Shown here piece after piece: positions 12,247 to 24,229 of a stretch of 64,000 nucleotides of DNA (within the stretch, counting starts at the first letter, position 1; each line of letters opens with the position of its first letter). The notes beneath the pieces were generated by a model. That model worked only from the letters and a program-made list of their open reading frames with translations, did no database searches and was not told the DNA's origin. Where the stretch lies: positions 19,912,529 through 19,976,528 of the forward strand of contig NC_090399.1 in the NCBI RefSeq assembly GCF_036365525.1. Direction: 5' to 3'. The translations under genes and the position numbers were made by a program. The DNA comes from Heterodontus francisci (Eukaryota).

Positions 12247-13317
12247 ATCAAGGCAAGGGACTATACAATAGATGGTAGGACCCTAGGAAGTACAAAGAGT
12301 CAGAGGGACCTTGATGCACTTCTTCACAAATCACTGAAGGCAGCAGCAGTGGTAGATAAGGTGGTTAGGAAGGCATTTGGGATACTTGCCTTTATTAGCC
12401 GAGGCATAGAATATAAGAGCATGGAGGTTATGCTGGAGCTGTATAAAACGCTAGTTAGGCCACAGCTGGAGTACTATGTACAGTTCTGGACTATAGAAAG
12501 GATGTGATTGCACTGGAGAGGGTGCAGAGGGGATTCACCAGGACGTTGCCTGGGCTGGAGTGTTTCAGCTATGAAGAGAGACTGAAAAGGCTAGGGTTGT
12601 TTTCCTTAGAGCAGAGAAGGCTGAGGGGGGACCTGTTGGAGGTATACAAGATTATGAGGTGGTTAGGAAGGCATATGGGATACCTGCCTTTATTAGCCGA
12701 GGCATAGAATGCAAAAGCAGGGAGGTTATGATGGAACTGTATAAAACGCTAGTTAGGCCACAGCTGGAGTACTGTGTACAGTTCTGGGCGCCACACTGTA
12801 GTAAGGATGTGACTGAACTCGAAAGGATGCAGAGGAGATTCACCAGGATGTTGCCTGGGCTGGAGAATTTCACTATGAAAAGAGACTGGATAGGCTAGGG
12901 TTGTTTTCCTTAGAGCAGAGAAGGCTGAAGGAGGATCTGATTGAGGTATGAAAAATTATGAGGGGCACAGATAGCGTAGATAGGTAGAAACTTTTTTTCC
13001 CTTAGTGGAGCCGTCAATAACCAGGGGACATAGGTTTCAGGTAAGGGGCAGGAGGTTTAGAGGGGATTTAAGGAAACATGTTATCACCCAGAGGGTGGTT
13101 GGAATCTGAAACGCACTGCCTGAAGGGGTGGTAGAGGCAGGAACCCTCACAACATTTAAGAAGTATTTAGATGAGGACTTGAAACGCAATAGCATACAAG
13201 GCGACGGGCCACGTGTTGGAAAATGGGATTAGAATAGATAGATGCTTGACGGCCGGTCCGGACACGATGGGCCGAAGGTCCTGTTTCTGTGCTGTGTAGT
13301 TCTATCACTCTATGACT
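12247..13317 (+). mobile_element. CR1 3' portion (continuation of 9991-10074, split by the RTE) with an internal ~300-bp duplication
   Basis: Collinear with the CR1 at 19260-20108 once the RTE is removed. The block GTGGTTAGGAAGGCAT... occurs at 12361 and 12659. Confidence 0.9.
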
Positions 13318-14058
13318 GTAGGAGACTAGAAGACACTGATTTAAGGTGAATGAGAAAAGAACCAAGGGCAACAGTGAGTAGTATCTGGAATGCAGTGCCT
13401 GAGAAGGTGGTGGAACCAGATTGAATCATAGCTTTCAAAAGAGAATAGGATGAGTAGCAAAGAGAAACAAAAATCAGGGTTCGGGGAAAGGGCTCGGGGT
13501 GTGGGACTAGCTGAGTTGCTGTGACAGAGAGTCGGCATGGACACCGCGTACTGAATGGTCTCCTGTGCTGCAGCCATTCTCTATTTCCACGATTCTAATT
13601 ATGGGATGAGATTACACAAAGGCAGAGGCAATTTCATCGAAATTCTCAAGATATCACTGGGAACAGGTAGGGTAGATTGGGAAAAAGTAACTATTCCACT
13701 ATTTGAGGAGTCTAGGACCAGGGAACATAGTCTAAAAATTACAGCCAGCCATTTCAGGACTGACATTGGGAAACATTTCTTCACAGGGTGGTAGAAGTTT
13801 AGACCTCTCTTCCACAAACAGCAATGGATGTCGATCAATTGTTAATTTCCAAACTGAGACTGACAGATTTGTTTGTTAGCTAGAGGTATCAAGTGATATT
13901 TGGGCAAATTCAGGTACACGGAGTTAGGTCTTCGATCATCCCAGAGACCACTAAATGGCGGAACCAGCTCGAGGGTCTAAATGGCCTACTCATGGTCCTA
14001 TATTCTTCTGTTTGCTCCTTTTAATTGATCAATTTCCTGCTGATTGCCATCCTTTCAG

Positions 14059-15273
14059 CGAATCTGATGACGGCTGTGATCCTGTCCCGGGGAAAATGCG
14101 GTCTCTCCAGGGGAATCACTCGTTACATGGTGGCGATGGCAATCTCAGACCTCCTGGTGATGATCTTTCATGCACTGCTGGGCCAAATCTTTACTTACCA
14201 TTTTCCCCTATTCATTCCTGTCCCAAACGTTAATCTGCCCTTCATGCGCCTACCTGAGAATCATTACTCTGGATTACTCCGACTGATTTATTATTTAATT
14301 ATTTAGAGATACAGCACTGAAACAGGCCCTTCGCCCCACCGAGTCTGTGCCGATCAACAACCACCCATTTATACTAACTTTACAGTAATCCCATATTCCC
14401 TATCACCTAGGGGCAATTTACAACGGCCAATTTACCTACCAACCTGCAAGTCTTTGGATGTGGGAGGAAACTGGAGCACCCGGCGAAAACCCACGCAGAC
14501 ACAGGGAGAACTTGCAAACTCCACACAGGCAGTACCCAGAATTGAACCTAGAGCTGTGAGGCTGCGGTGCTAACCACTGTGCCACTGTGCCACCCACCTT
14601 CAACCGTTTCATCAGCATTTGCTGTCAGAAGTTGAGACTCAGATATTGCACGGAGAGAACTGCAGCTGTGGTTATTGTGTCCATGTGTGTGTTGAGTTGT
14701 TTAAAGTTCATCCCCTTTCACTTCACGTTTGAGCCCCAGTTTATTATTGACAATGTACACTGGGGCTGTCGGCCTAAACCGATCTTCTTTACTGCTGCAG
14801 GGTGGGTGACTTCCTCCTGGATTTTCAGACTCTCAGTCTCATTCCTCCCATTCTTTCTCATCTTGCTGCTCAATGGTCTCACGGTCAGGGAGATCCTAGC
14901 GGCCAGTCGGGTCCGCAGGGTCCTGAAGGGACTGGGCAGCGGACAGAACCAGATCGATAGCGAGATGGAGAATCGGCAGAAATCCATCATCTTACTCTTC
15001 GCTGTGTCCGGCAGTTATATACTGTTGTGGATGACGGAAACGGTTACTTTTATTTGCACTCGAATCACAGTCATTGGTTTGAAGCAGAATCACACCAGTC
15101 CCGCCTTCATCGCCACGGATGTTGGACGTCTGCTCATGCTCATGAGCTCCGGTGCTAACACCTGTATTTATGGATTGACCCAGAGCAAGTTCAGAGAGGA
15201 GGTGAAGAAGGCGGTTAAATATCTGCTAATTCGAGTTACTAAATTAATGAAATTAAAGCTAGAGTCGGGCTAG
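14059..15273 (+). pseudogene. GPR139-like pseudogene B (duplicate of gene A exon 2)
   Basis: Acceptor CCTTTCAG|CG. Closely similar to 6753-7684 but has an extra T at ~14201-14204 (frameshift), a SINE inserted in TM3 with loss of ~15 bp, and DRF changed to NRF. No own exon 1 found. Confidence 0.9.
14286..14594 (-). mobile_element. HE1-like tRNA-derived SINE
   Basis: Reverse complement begins GGTGGCACAGTGGCACAGTGGTTAGCACC (A-box) and ends in the CR1-like tail GAAGGGCCTGTTTCAGTGCTGTATCTCTAAAT. Matches the copy at 23885. Confidence 0.9.
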
Positions 15274-15529
15274 AGCTCATATCTGAATAAAACTGGACTG
15301 TTCTCTTCACTCCTCTCTATCACTTCACCAACCGATTCCTTCTACGCTAAGCGTATTTTATTTCTTGAGTAGGGTCCTGGTTGTACGTTGTACGAAATGT
15401 AAACGTGACTCTATGCAATGAGTAATGTGTAAGGGAATGGCGAGACCGACAGGTGTCACAGGTTTCTGCTTATTTAATGTTTGCGTGAACCTTGGCGGAT
15501 ACATCGTGTAACAAGCGACCACTGCATCA

Positions 15530-16285
15530 TAGGATTACACAGGATTACATGCACATAGGCAGGGAAACAGGCAATTCGTCCTAACCAATCCAGGTCATCG
15601 TTCATGGTGCACTCGATCCAGCTCCCATTTTCCACATCTAAATCTATCACTGTACCCTTCATATGATCGTCCAGCTTCTCTTTAAAAGCATCTATACTAT
15701 TCACTTCAACCACTCACCGTATTAGCAAGTTCCACAATCTCACCACTCTTTGCGTAAAGAAGTTTTGTTCTGAATTCCCTATTGAATTTCTTGGTGACTA
15801 TCCTATATTAATGGCCTCTAGTTTGCTCTTCCCCACAAGTTGAAACTTTCTCTCTGCATCAATTCTATCAAAGACTTTCATAATTTTAAAGACCCTTCTC
15901 AGGTCACACCTCAGTCTTCCTATTTCAAAAGAAAAGAGAACCAGCCTATTTATCCATTTCTGGTATCATCTTGAAAATCTTCTCTGCACCCTCTCCAGTG
16001 CGTATATATCCGTTTTATAATACGACAACCAGAACTGAATGCAGTTCTCTTACTGTGGTCTAATCAAGGTTCTTTACAGGTTTCGCATAACTTACCTAAT
16101 TTTTAATTCTATCCCTCTGGAAATAAAGCCCAGTGCTTGGTTTACTGTTTTATGGCCTTGCTAACATGTAGTGCAATGTATAGTCGGTGGTGCATTTGTA
16201 CTCCGAGATCCCTTCCTTCCTCTACTCCGCCTAGACTCGCACCTTCGAAGTAATCAGTGAGCTCCCTGTTCTTCCGAACAAAATG
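15530..16285 (-). mobile_element. Degenerate CR1 3' fragment
   Basis: Minus-strand CR1 C-terminal motifs (VVEVNSIDAFKEKLDDHM; RDLGVQMH). Confidence 0.8.
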
Positions 16286-16348
16286 TAACTCACAATAATT
16301 GTTCCAGGGTGAGGATGCACCTGGGAAAGTGCGTATAGTTTTAGGCAC

Positions 16349-17750
16349 TAAAATGAAAGCAAAATACTGCGGATGCTGGAAATCTGAAATAAAAACAAGA
16401 AATACTGGAACCACTCAGCAGGTCTGGCAGCATCTGTGGAAAGAGAAGCAGAGTTAACGTTTCGGGTCAGTGACCCTTCTTCGGAACTGACAAATATTAG
16501 AAATGTAAAAGGTTATAAGCAAGTGAGGCGGGGGTGGGGCAAGAGATAACAAAGGAGAAGGTGTAGATTGGACAAGGCAACATAGCTGACCAAAAGGTCA
16601 TGGAGCAAAGGCAAACAATATGTTAACGGTGTGTTGAAAGACAAAGCATTAGTACAGATAAGGTGTTAACGGCCTGAATATTGAACAGCAGCAAGTGCAA
16701 ACCTGAAAAAAAAAAACAGTGGGTAAGCAAACTGAACAAACTAAGATGAAATGAAATAAATGCAAAAAAAAAGATTGTAAAAAATGTAAAAAAGAAAAAA
16801 ATTGAGAAGGCAAAGTAACTAAAAATGAAAGTAAAATGGGGGCTGTCATGCTATGAAATTATTGAACTCAATGTTCAGTCCAGCAGGCTGTAGTGTGCCT
16901 AATTGGTAGATAAGATGCTGTTCCTCGAGCTTGCGTTGATGTTCACTGGAACACTGCAGCAATCCCAGGACAGAGATGTGAGCATGAGAATAGGGAGGAG
17001 TGTTGAAATGGCAAGGAACCGGAAGCTCAGGGTCCTGCTTGTGGACTGAGCAGAGTTGTTCCGCAAAGCGGTCACCCAGTCTGCGCTTGGTCTCCCCAAT
17101 GTAGAGGAGACCACACTGTGAGCAGCGAATACAGTATACTACATTGAAAGAAGTACAAGTAAATTGCTGCTTCACCTGAAAGGAGTGTTTGGGGCCTGGG
17201 ATAGTGAGGAGAGAGGAGGTAAATGGGCAGGTATTACACCTCCTGCGATTGCAGGGGAAGGTGCCCTGGAACGGGGACGAGGTGGTGGGGGTAATGGAGA
17301 AGTGGACCAGGGTGTCGTGGAGGGAATGATCCCTTCGGAATGCTGACAGGGGAAGGGAGGGGAAGATGCATTTGGTAGTGGCATGACGCTGGAGGTGGCA
17401 GAAGTGGCGGAGGATGATCCTTCGGATATGGAGGCTGAAGGGGTGGAAAGTGAGGACAAGGGGAACCCTGTCACGGTTCTGGGAGGGAGGGGAAGGGTTG
17501 AGGGCAGAAGTGCGGGAAATGGGCCGGACACGGTTGAGGGCCCTGTCAACAACAGTGGGGGGGAATCCTCGGTTGAGGAAAAAGGAGGTCATATCAGAAG
17601 CACCATCATGGAAGGTAGCATCATCAGAGCAGATGCGTCAGAGACAGAGAAACTGGGAGAATGGAATGGAGTCCTTACAGGAGGTAGGGTGTGAAGAAGT
17701 GTAGTCGAGGTAGCTGTGGGAGTCGGTGGGCTTATAATGGATAGGTTGTC
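16349..17750 (-). mobile_element. Penelope-like element, 5'-truncated (RT thumb + GIY-YIG endonuclease + pseudo-LTR)
   Basis: ORF 16846-17592 contains NVVYCIRCSQCGLLYIGETKRRLGDRF...GLN (GIY-YIG). Upstream frame has YKPTDSHSYLDYTSSHP. Terminal repeat at 16349-16490. Confidence 0.92.
16452..16488 (-). ncRNA. Minimal type I hammerhead-ribozyme-like motif in the Penelope pseudo-LTR
   Basis: Minus strand reads AGUU-CCGAAGA-A-GGGUC(ACU)GACCC-GAAAC-GUU-AACU: stem I, core with a U4>C variant, stem II, palindromic stem III. Confidence 0.55.
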
Positions 17751-18099
17751 TACTAATTTGCATAAATTTGGCGGTAATTTGCATTGGCCAGCTGGTAAAG
17801 TCGAGCAATAGATCACTCGGCCATTGATGAGCTCGTCCGATTTTGGCCCCCATTGATTTTTATGTTAATGGCATCGGTCCGGTTCTATATCACTGGGCAG
17901 GCAGTCAACGCCTCCAAATTACAAAGCATGTGATGAAAGTGAAAATGGACCCTCTGTCATTTGCCTTTAGTACTGAGCTGTGGCTCAGTCGGTCGCAATC
18001 TTTCCTTTGAGTCGGAATATCTTGCGTTCCCCTCCCATTTAAGTGAGTTGAGTCCATACTGTCAGCGGCCGTTTTGGTGCAATATTTGTGAAGTGATGC

Positions 18100-18880
18100 G
18101 ATATTGTAGAATCATGGAATGGTTACAGCACAGAAGGAAACCATTCTTCACGTCGTGTCCATGCCAGTTCTCAGGGAGTGCAGCACAGCTAGTCCCATTC
18201 CCCTCTCTTTTCCCCTGAGCCCAGCATTTTTCTCTTCAGTTGAATATTGAACTCACATTTGAAAGCCACGATTGAAACTACCTCCCAGATTCCCAGACAG
18301 TGCATTCCAGATCCTAACCACTCGCTGCTTAATATTTTCCCCATGTCGCCTCTGGGTCTTTTCCCAATCACCTTAAATCGGTATTCTCTGGTCTCCACTT
18401 TTTTGCCAATGAGAATTGTTTCTCCCTATCTATTTTGTCCATTCCCCTCATGATTTTGAACACTTCTATCAAATCTCCTCCCAACCTTCTCCTCTCAAAC
18501 CCGAACAGTCCCAGCATCGCCAAGCTATCAATGTAAATGAAGTCCTTCAGCCCCAGAATCATTCTCCAAAACTTTGTCTTCATCCTCTTCAATTCCTCAC
18601 ATCATTCCTAAAGCATGCTGCCCTGAATTGGATTCAATAATCCAGTTGAGTCCGAGTCAATGTTTTATAATGGTTTTACATAGCTTCCTTACGCTTCTAC
18701 TCTATGCCTCTCTCTCTGAAGCCCAGGATCCGTACACCTTATTAACCAAATTCTTAACCTGCCCTGCAAACATAAACAAAAGTGCACATATACCTGCAGG
18801 ACCCTCTGCCCCTGTCAATCCTTTCGAATTGCATCCATTATTTTATATTGTCTTTCCTCATTCTTCCGACCACCTTTTTA
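18100..18880 (-). mobile_element. Degenerate CR1 3' fragment shared by paralogous introns
   Basis: RRLGGDLIEVFKIMRGMDKIDREK. Homologous copies at ~47560-48330 and ~60790-61560. Confidence 0.85.
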
Positions 18881-19194
18881 ATGAAACGTTTAAAAAATAA
18901 CTGATGCGATTTAATTTGCATACAAATACAATACAGGTTCTGCTGGCCATAATCGTCACACTGCGAAAGTTTGAATAAATATAGTACTATTCACGTATGG
19001 GGTAATGTTCACTTTCCATTAACATCAATGAGCAAGAAATATGGAAGAGGTGCAAAATGTAGGGTCTATTTGATATCAGTTGTTTTTTTGCCTGGCAATG
19101 GAAGTTAAAAATGTTTTCAATGTTTCTATTTACATTGAATGGGAAATAAACAGCACTAATCTGTAATAGGAAAATAACATTTTTATATTTTTAT

Positions 19195-20108
19195 ATTTGA
19201 CACGAAAATTGGTAGTGTTGTAAATAGTGAGGAGGAAAGCCTTAGTTACAGGACGATATAGATGGGCTGGTAAGATGGGCGGAGCCGTGGCAAATGGAAT
19301 TTAATCCTGAGAAGTGTGAGGTGATTCATTTTGGGAGGATTAACAAGGCAAGGGAATAAACAATGGATGGTAGGGCCCTAGGAAGTACAGAGGGTCAGAG
19401 GGACCTTGATGTACTTGTCCATAAATCACTGAAGGCAGCAGCACAGGTAGATAAGGTGGTTAGGAAGGCATTTGGGATACTTACCGCCATTCGCCGAGGC
19501 ATAGAATATAAGAGCATGGAGGTTATGCTGGAGCTGTATAAAACGCTAGTTAGGCCACAGCTGGAGTATTATGTACAGTTCTGGACGATAGAAAGGATGT
19601 GATTGCACTGGAGAGGGTGCAGAGGAGATTCACCAGGACGTTGCCTGGGCTGGAGCGTTTCAGCTATGAAGAGAGACTAAAAAGGCGAGGGTTGTTTTCC
19701 TTAGAGCAGAGAAGGCTGAGGCGGGACCTGTTGGAGGTATACAAGATTATGAGGGGCATTGAAAGGTTAGATAGGAAGAAACTTTTTCCATTAGCAGAGG
19801 GGTCAATAACCAGGGGGCATAGATTTAAGGTAAGGGGCAGGAGGTTTAGAGGGGATTTGAGGAAAACAATTTTCACCCAGAGGGTGGTTGAGATCTGGAA
19901 TACACTGCCTGAAGAGGTGGTAGAGGCAGGAACTCTCACAACATTTAAGAAGTATCTAGATGAGCACTTGAAATGCCATAGCATACAAGACGACAGGCCA
20001 AGTGCTGGAAATGGGATTAGAGTAGGTCGGTGCTTGATGGCTGGCATAGACACGATGGGCCGAAGGTCCTGTTTCTGTGCTGTACAACTCTATGACTCTA
20101 TGACTCTA
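19195..20108 (+). mobile_element. CR1 3' fragment inserted only in the intron of copy C
   Basis: CR1 C-terminal ORFs (19363-20159) and a (CTATGACT)n tail. Absent at the homologous positions in genes D and E. Confidence 0.9.
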
Positions 20109-20591
20109 TATCTTAACGTAATCGAACCGGAAGAAACTGAACAACATTGGGCTGAATGAACATCCCACAGAGTCCATGAGCTTCTGAACCAGCATGTTTT
20201 ATTAACAATGCTCCCATTGATTGTTTCATATCAGGAAATCATAAAGTTACCACAGGGAAAAAATGTTTGGCAAAGAGAGGGCGAACGTTACACCAGCTGC
20301 TATGTGACACGTTATTATAATCGAGGTTCACGATTAGCTAAAATAAAAGCAAAGGACTGCAGATGCTGGAAATCTGAAATAAAAACAAAAAGTGCTGGAA
20401 ATATTCAGCAGGTGTGGCAGGATCTGTGGAGAGAGAAGCAAAGTTAACCTTTCAGGTCTGAGAGCTTTCATCCCGCCCCCGCCCCCGCAAATCCAAGTCT
20501 TGTCATTCTTCACACCAGATTTCCAACTTGCTGTCAGTGTTCATCTCTGTTGAATGTTCTGTTAAATTTCCTGTTTTTGCATTTCTCCCAG

Positions 20592-21490
20592 CAAACCTCC
20601 TGTCAGTTTTGGTTCTTTTCCAAAGGAAATGCGGTCTTTCCAAAGGAATCACTCGTTATATGATGGCCATGGTAGTGGGAGACCTCATGGTCCTTATCTT
20701 TAATGTTATTGTGAACCAAATCATCAAGTATCATTTTCCAGATTCACTGCTGAACTACACTTCCGCGTGTCGTTTTACTGTCTTCATGCAAGGGTTTAGC
20801 ATTCAGCTCTCTATCTGGTTCACAATGTCGTTCACCTTTGACCGTTTCGTCACAATTTGTTGCCAGAAATTGAAATCAAGATATTGCACCGAAAGGACAG
20901 CCACCATGGTTGTAACGACCATGTGTGTGCTCAACATTTTGATCAATATTCCCATGCCTTTCCGCTATGAACCCGATTATATTCTCAACAATATACAGTG
21001 GGGCTGCCGCACCATCACAGGATATTTTACTTCACCCGCATGGAAGGTTCACCAATGGATTACAAACCTCTCAAGTACATTACTTCCAATTCCTTTGCTG
21101 CTGCTGTTGAACTCTCTCACCGTCAGGCACATTTTATTAGCCAGTGGAGCTCGCAAAACCCTGAAGAGCCACAACAATGGAAAAACCGGCAGTGATCCCG
21201 AGATGAAGAACAGAAGAACATCCATCATTCTACTCTTTGCTATCTCGGGCACTTTTATTGTGTTGTCGGCGCCTATTACCGTAATACACATCTGTGTCGG
21301 TGTCACACAGACAGTCACTTTCCAAGGTTCAAACTCACTTTATTTAGCAATTAGAATCACATTTCTGTTGATGTGCTCCAGCTCCTGTACAAACACTTGT
21401 ATTTATGCACTGACACAAAGGAGATTCAGAGCGGAGATCAGGAATATGGTGAAATATCCGTATTATCTCATTGTTAAATTATTTAAATAA
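20592..21490 (+). CDS. GPR139/GPR142-like GPCR copy C, intact coding exon 2 with no adjacent exon 1 (orphan exon or young pseudogene)
   Basis: Acceptor TTTCTCCCAG|CA, open frame to TAA, highly similar to genes D and E (AMVVGD, FTFDRF, WGC, SSCTNTCIY, RFRAE). Confidence 0.75.
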
Positions 21491-23884
21491 TTTTTGAATA
21501 AAGTAAGTGAAATCAAACTTAAATTAATTGCCTGGCATTTTCTTTGCAAATTTGCACAATGTCTTTTAAAGTTCTACGGGTAACACATCTCACAGTTTGG
21601 AAGAGTCCACTTGATTTATAAATTTATAAGAATTTGAACAAGTTGAGGAGGCAGAATCATCCCCTTCAGAATCTCTGGTTACGGTTGTTTTTCCGGTTAT
21701 TAATGTCCACGCACTTTGAATGCCGAATTGCAGGATGATGTGACATAGCAGAGCGCCTTGACAGGTTCAAATAATAAAGATCTTTCAACACACTGACATC
21801 CGAATTTGGAGCAGGAGTAGGCCTGCTGTTCCTTCGAACCTGCTCCGCCATTTGATAAGATCATGGCAGATCTGGTTATGGCATCAACTCGACCTTTCTG
21901 TTTACCTGCTATAACCTTTAACTCCCTTGTCAATTAGGAATCTATCGAAATCATAACCTCAAGAGTCAGACCACCATAAAAACAATGTAATATTGTGTTT
22001 GATGGCAGGTGTTATGGAATATAAATATAGAGATTTAGTGGTGAATCTATACCAGACCTTTGTGAGACCAAACCTGCAGTATTTTGTGCTGTTTTGGACA
22101 CAACACTGTTGGCCAATTTGGATGTAATAGTGAGGACACAGCGTAGTAAACTCACTAGCATGATGTCGGACATGAATAAATCCAAATATGAAAAATGAGT
22201 TCGTTTTCAATCAGAAGAGAAGAGATTTCAGGCTGAATTAATAGAGATGGTTGCAGTAATGAAAGCCTGGAGCAGAATAGATAGATGCAACGATTGATGG
22301 GTCTATCAGCAGTGAACATAGATCTTGAGAGTAAATGAAAGAGATTTAGGACAGAGAACAGAAAAAACTTTGTGACACCTAGAATTGTGAAGTTGTGGCT
22401 TGGATTTTTGGAGTTATTGATTGAAGCAGAGACTGTGACAACTTTGACGGGTTTGATATGATGTTTAAAGACCAATGAATAAAGTAATATTGGAGCAGTG
22501 CGACCAGATATGATTAAAACTATTGCTTATGTAGATGACAAATACAGACATGGGTTGATCTGCCCCAACGACCTGCTTTCGTGTTGCAATTTCTATGAAA
22601 TTCATTTTTTCGTGCGGTAATTGATTTGTTTTCTTGTGCTGGCAAGGCTTCATGTCTGGCCAATTCCTTGCAGCCCTGAGGATGTGATGGCCAGCCTTCA
22701 ATTTTACCTGCTGCTCTCCTTCTGATGGTGCAGCAGCGATGATGCCAGGAAGGGAATCCCAGGATACAGATACAGTCACCTTGAACAAATTGTGACATAT
22801 GTCTAAGCTAGAATGCTATGTGACTTACAAATGATGATGTTCAAATGACATTTTGTTCCTGTGCTTCTCGTTGGGAGAGGTTACAGGTGAGGAAGGTGCT
22901 GTCGATTTAAACTTGATGGTTTGCTGCAGTGCATCCGATAAACTGTATTTTCAGGAACCATCGTGTGTCAGCTGCAAAGGGAAGGACACTGAGCTCAGGG
23001 ACATGGGCACTGATGAAGGGAACTGCTCTGTCCCGTATGAGATCGAGCTTCTTGAGTTGTATAGTTCCTGCACCCATCCTGTCGATTGGTCTATATTCCC
23101 TCACACACCTGACTTGTGGCCTTTACTTGATGTTGAGGATTTGGAATGGGATCGGGGTGAAGGGAGAGGTGCGAGCGGATATGTGCCACTCGGAGACGCC
23201 ATGGTACTGATAGTTAGCGGGTAAAACAATATCAAATTGATGCAGTACGTATTGCTGTTCTGAGATTTCAACTGAAGAAATGGGTTGCAGCAAAGTAGAG
23301 GAAGTTTTATTTTCAGTCTCCATTTCAGCTGTGCTCCAGCTGACCTCAGCGTGGCTCCATGCAAAACTGTGAAAATTCTTGGCAATGCTTACAAGCTCAA
23401 TCGTGCTGATCATATAAGGTATTCTATTCTCTCATTAATAGTGAATCTTTTACAAAGGCAATGATGCAAAGATGGTGTTTGGAGGATCCATATTGTTAGT
23501 TAGGTGAGCAATGGGCTCGATATGAATTTTCGTGTCATCTTAATCCATATTTCTGCGAAGCCTTTGTGCTCTTTCAGCTGAGGGCGCCAGTAGTTCAGGA
23601 TGGCACTCAAAATGCATCTGTAAGGCTTCATAAGGACATGAAATTCGCCGGTAACCTGATTTTTTCCCACAGATGTTTTCCCTTCCCCAGAAGGATGAAT
23701 GTCATCGTTTGACGCTTCTCGGGCACATCAAAGAAGCTTTCTCCATGTCACAGAAGCCCAGAAATAAGTCACTTCAGTGACCTGATTTCTTGCTGGGAGA
23801 ATGGCCCCACAGACTAAACAGACAACAGCTTGGCATAGTCAGACGCATCATATTGTGTGGCACTACCACCATGCACTACCACCA

Positions 23885-24207
23885 GGCGGCACAGTGGTGC
23901 AGTGGTTAGCACCGCAGCCTCACAGCTCCAGCGACCCGTGTTTAATTCTGGGTACTGCCTGTGTGGAGTTTGCAAGTTTTCCCTGTGTCTGCGTGGGTTT
24001 TCTCCTGGTGCTCCGGTTTCCTCCCACAAGCCAAAAGACTTGCAGGTTGGTAGGTAAATTTGCCATTATAAATTGCCCCTAGTAGGGAAATATAGGGACA
24101 CGTGGGGATGTGGTAGGAATATAGGATTAGTATAAATGGGTGGTTGATGGTCGGAACAGACTCGGTGGGCCGAAGGGCCTGTTTCAGTGCTGTATCTCTA
24201 AACTAAA
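23885..24207 (+). mobile_element. HE1-like tRNA-derived SINE, full length
   Basis: GGCGGCACAGTGGTGCAGTGGTTAGCACC head and GGGCCGAAGGGCCTGTTTCAGTGCTGTATCTCTAAACTAAA tail, which is shared with CR1 3' ends in this window. Confidence 0.9.
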
Positions 24208-24229
24208 TGAGATAAATTAGGAGCAGATC

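Larger units (their letters stand above)
17755..23790. repeat. Left arm of a ~6-kb inverted segmental duplication (partner ~43320-48680)
   Basis: Intron, exon 2, 3' flank and downstream blocks are the reverse complement of 43320-48680 (e.g. ORF 22853-23224+ vs 43850-44215-). Confidence 0.9.

Noticed and set aside
22853-23224. 123-aa ORF conserved with 43850-44215 as a novel gene
   Set aside because: The similarity is explained by the inverted duplication. The opposite strand contains a decayed LINE motif (CTCAAGAAGCTCGATCTCATCCAGGACAGAGC).
23885-23960. tRNA gene
   Set aside because: It is the tRNA-derived head of a SINE, with a degenerate B-box and no full cloverleaf.
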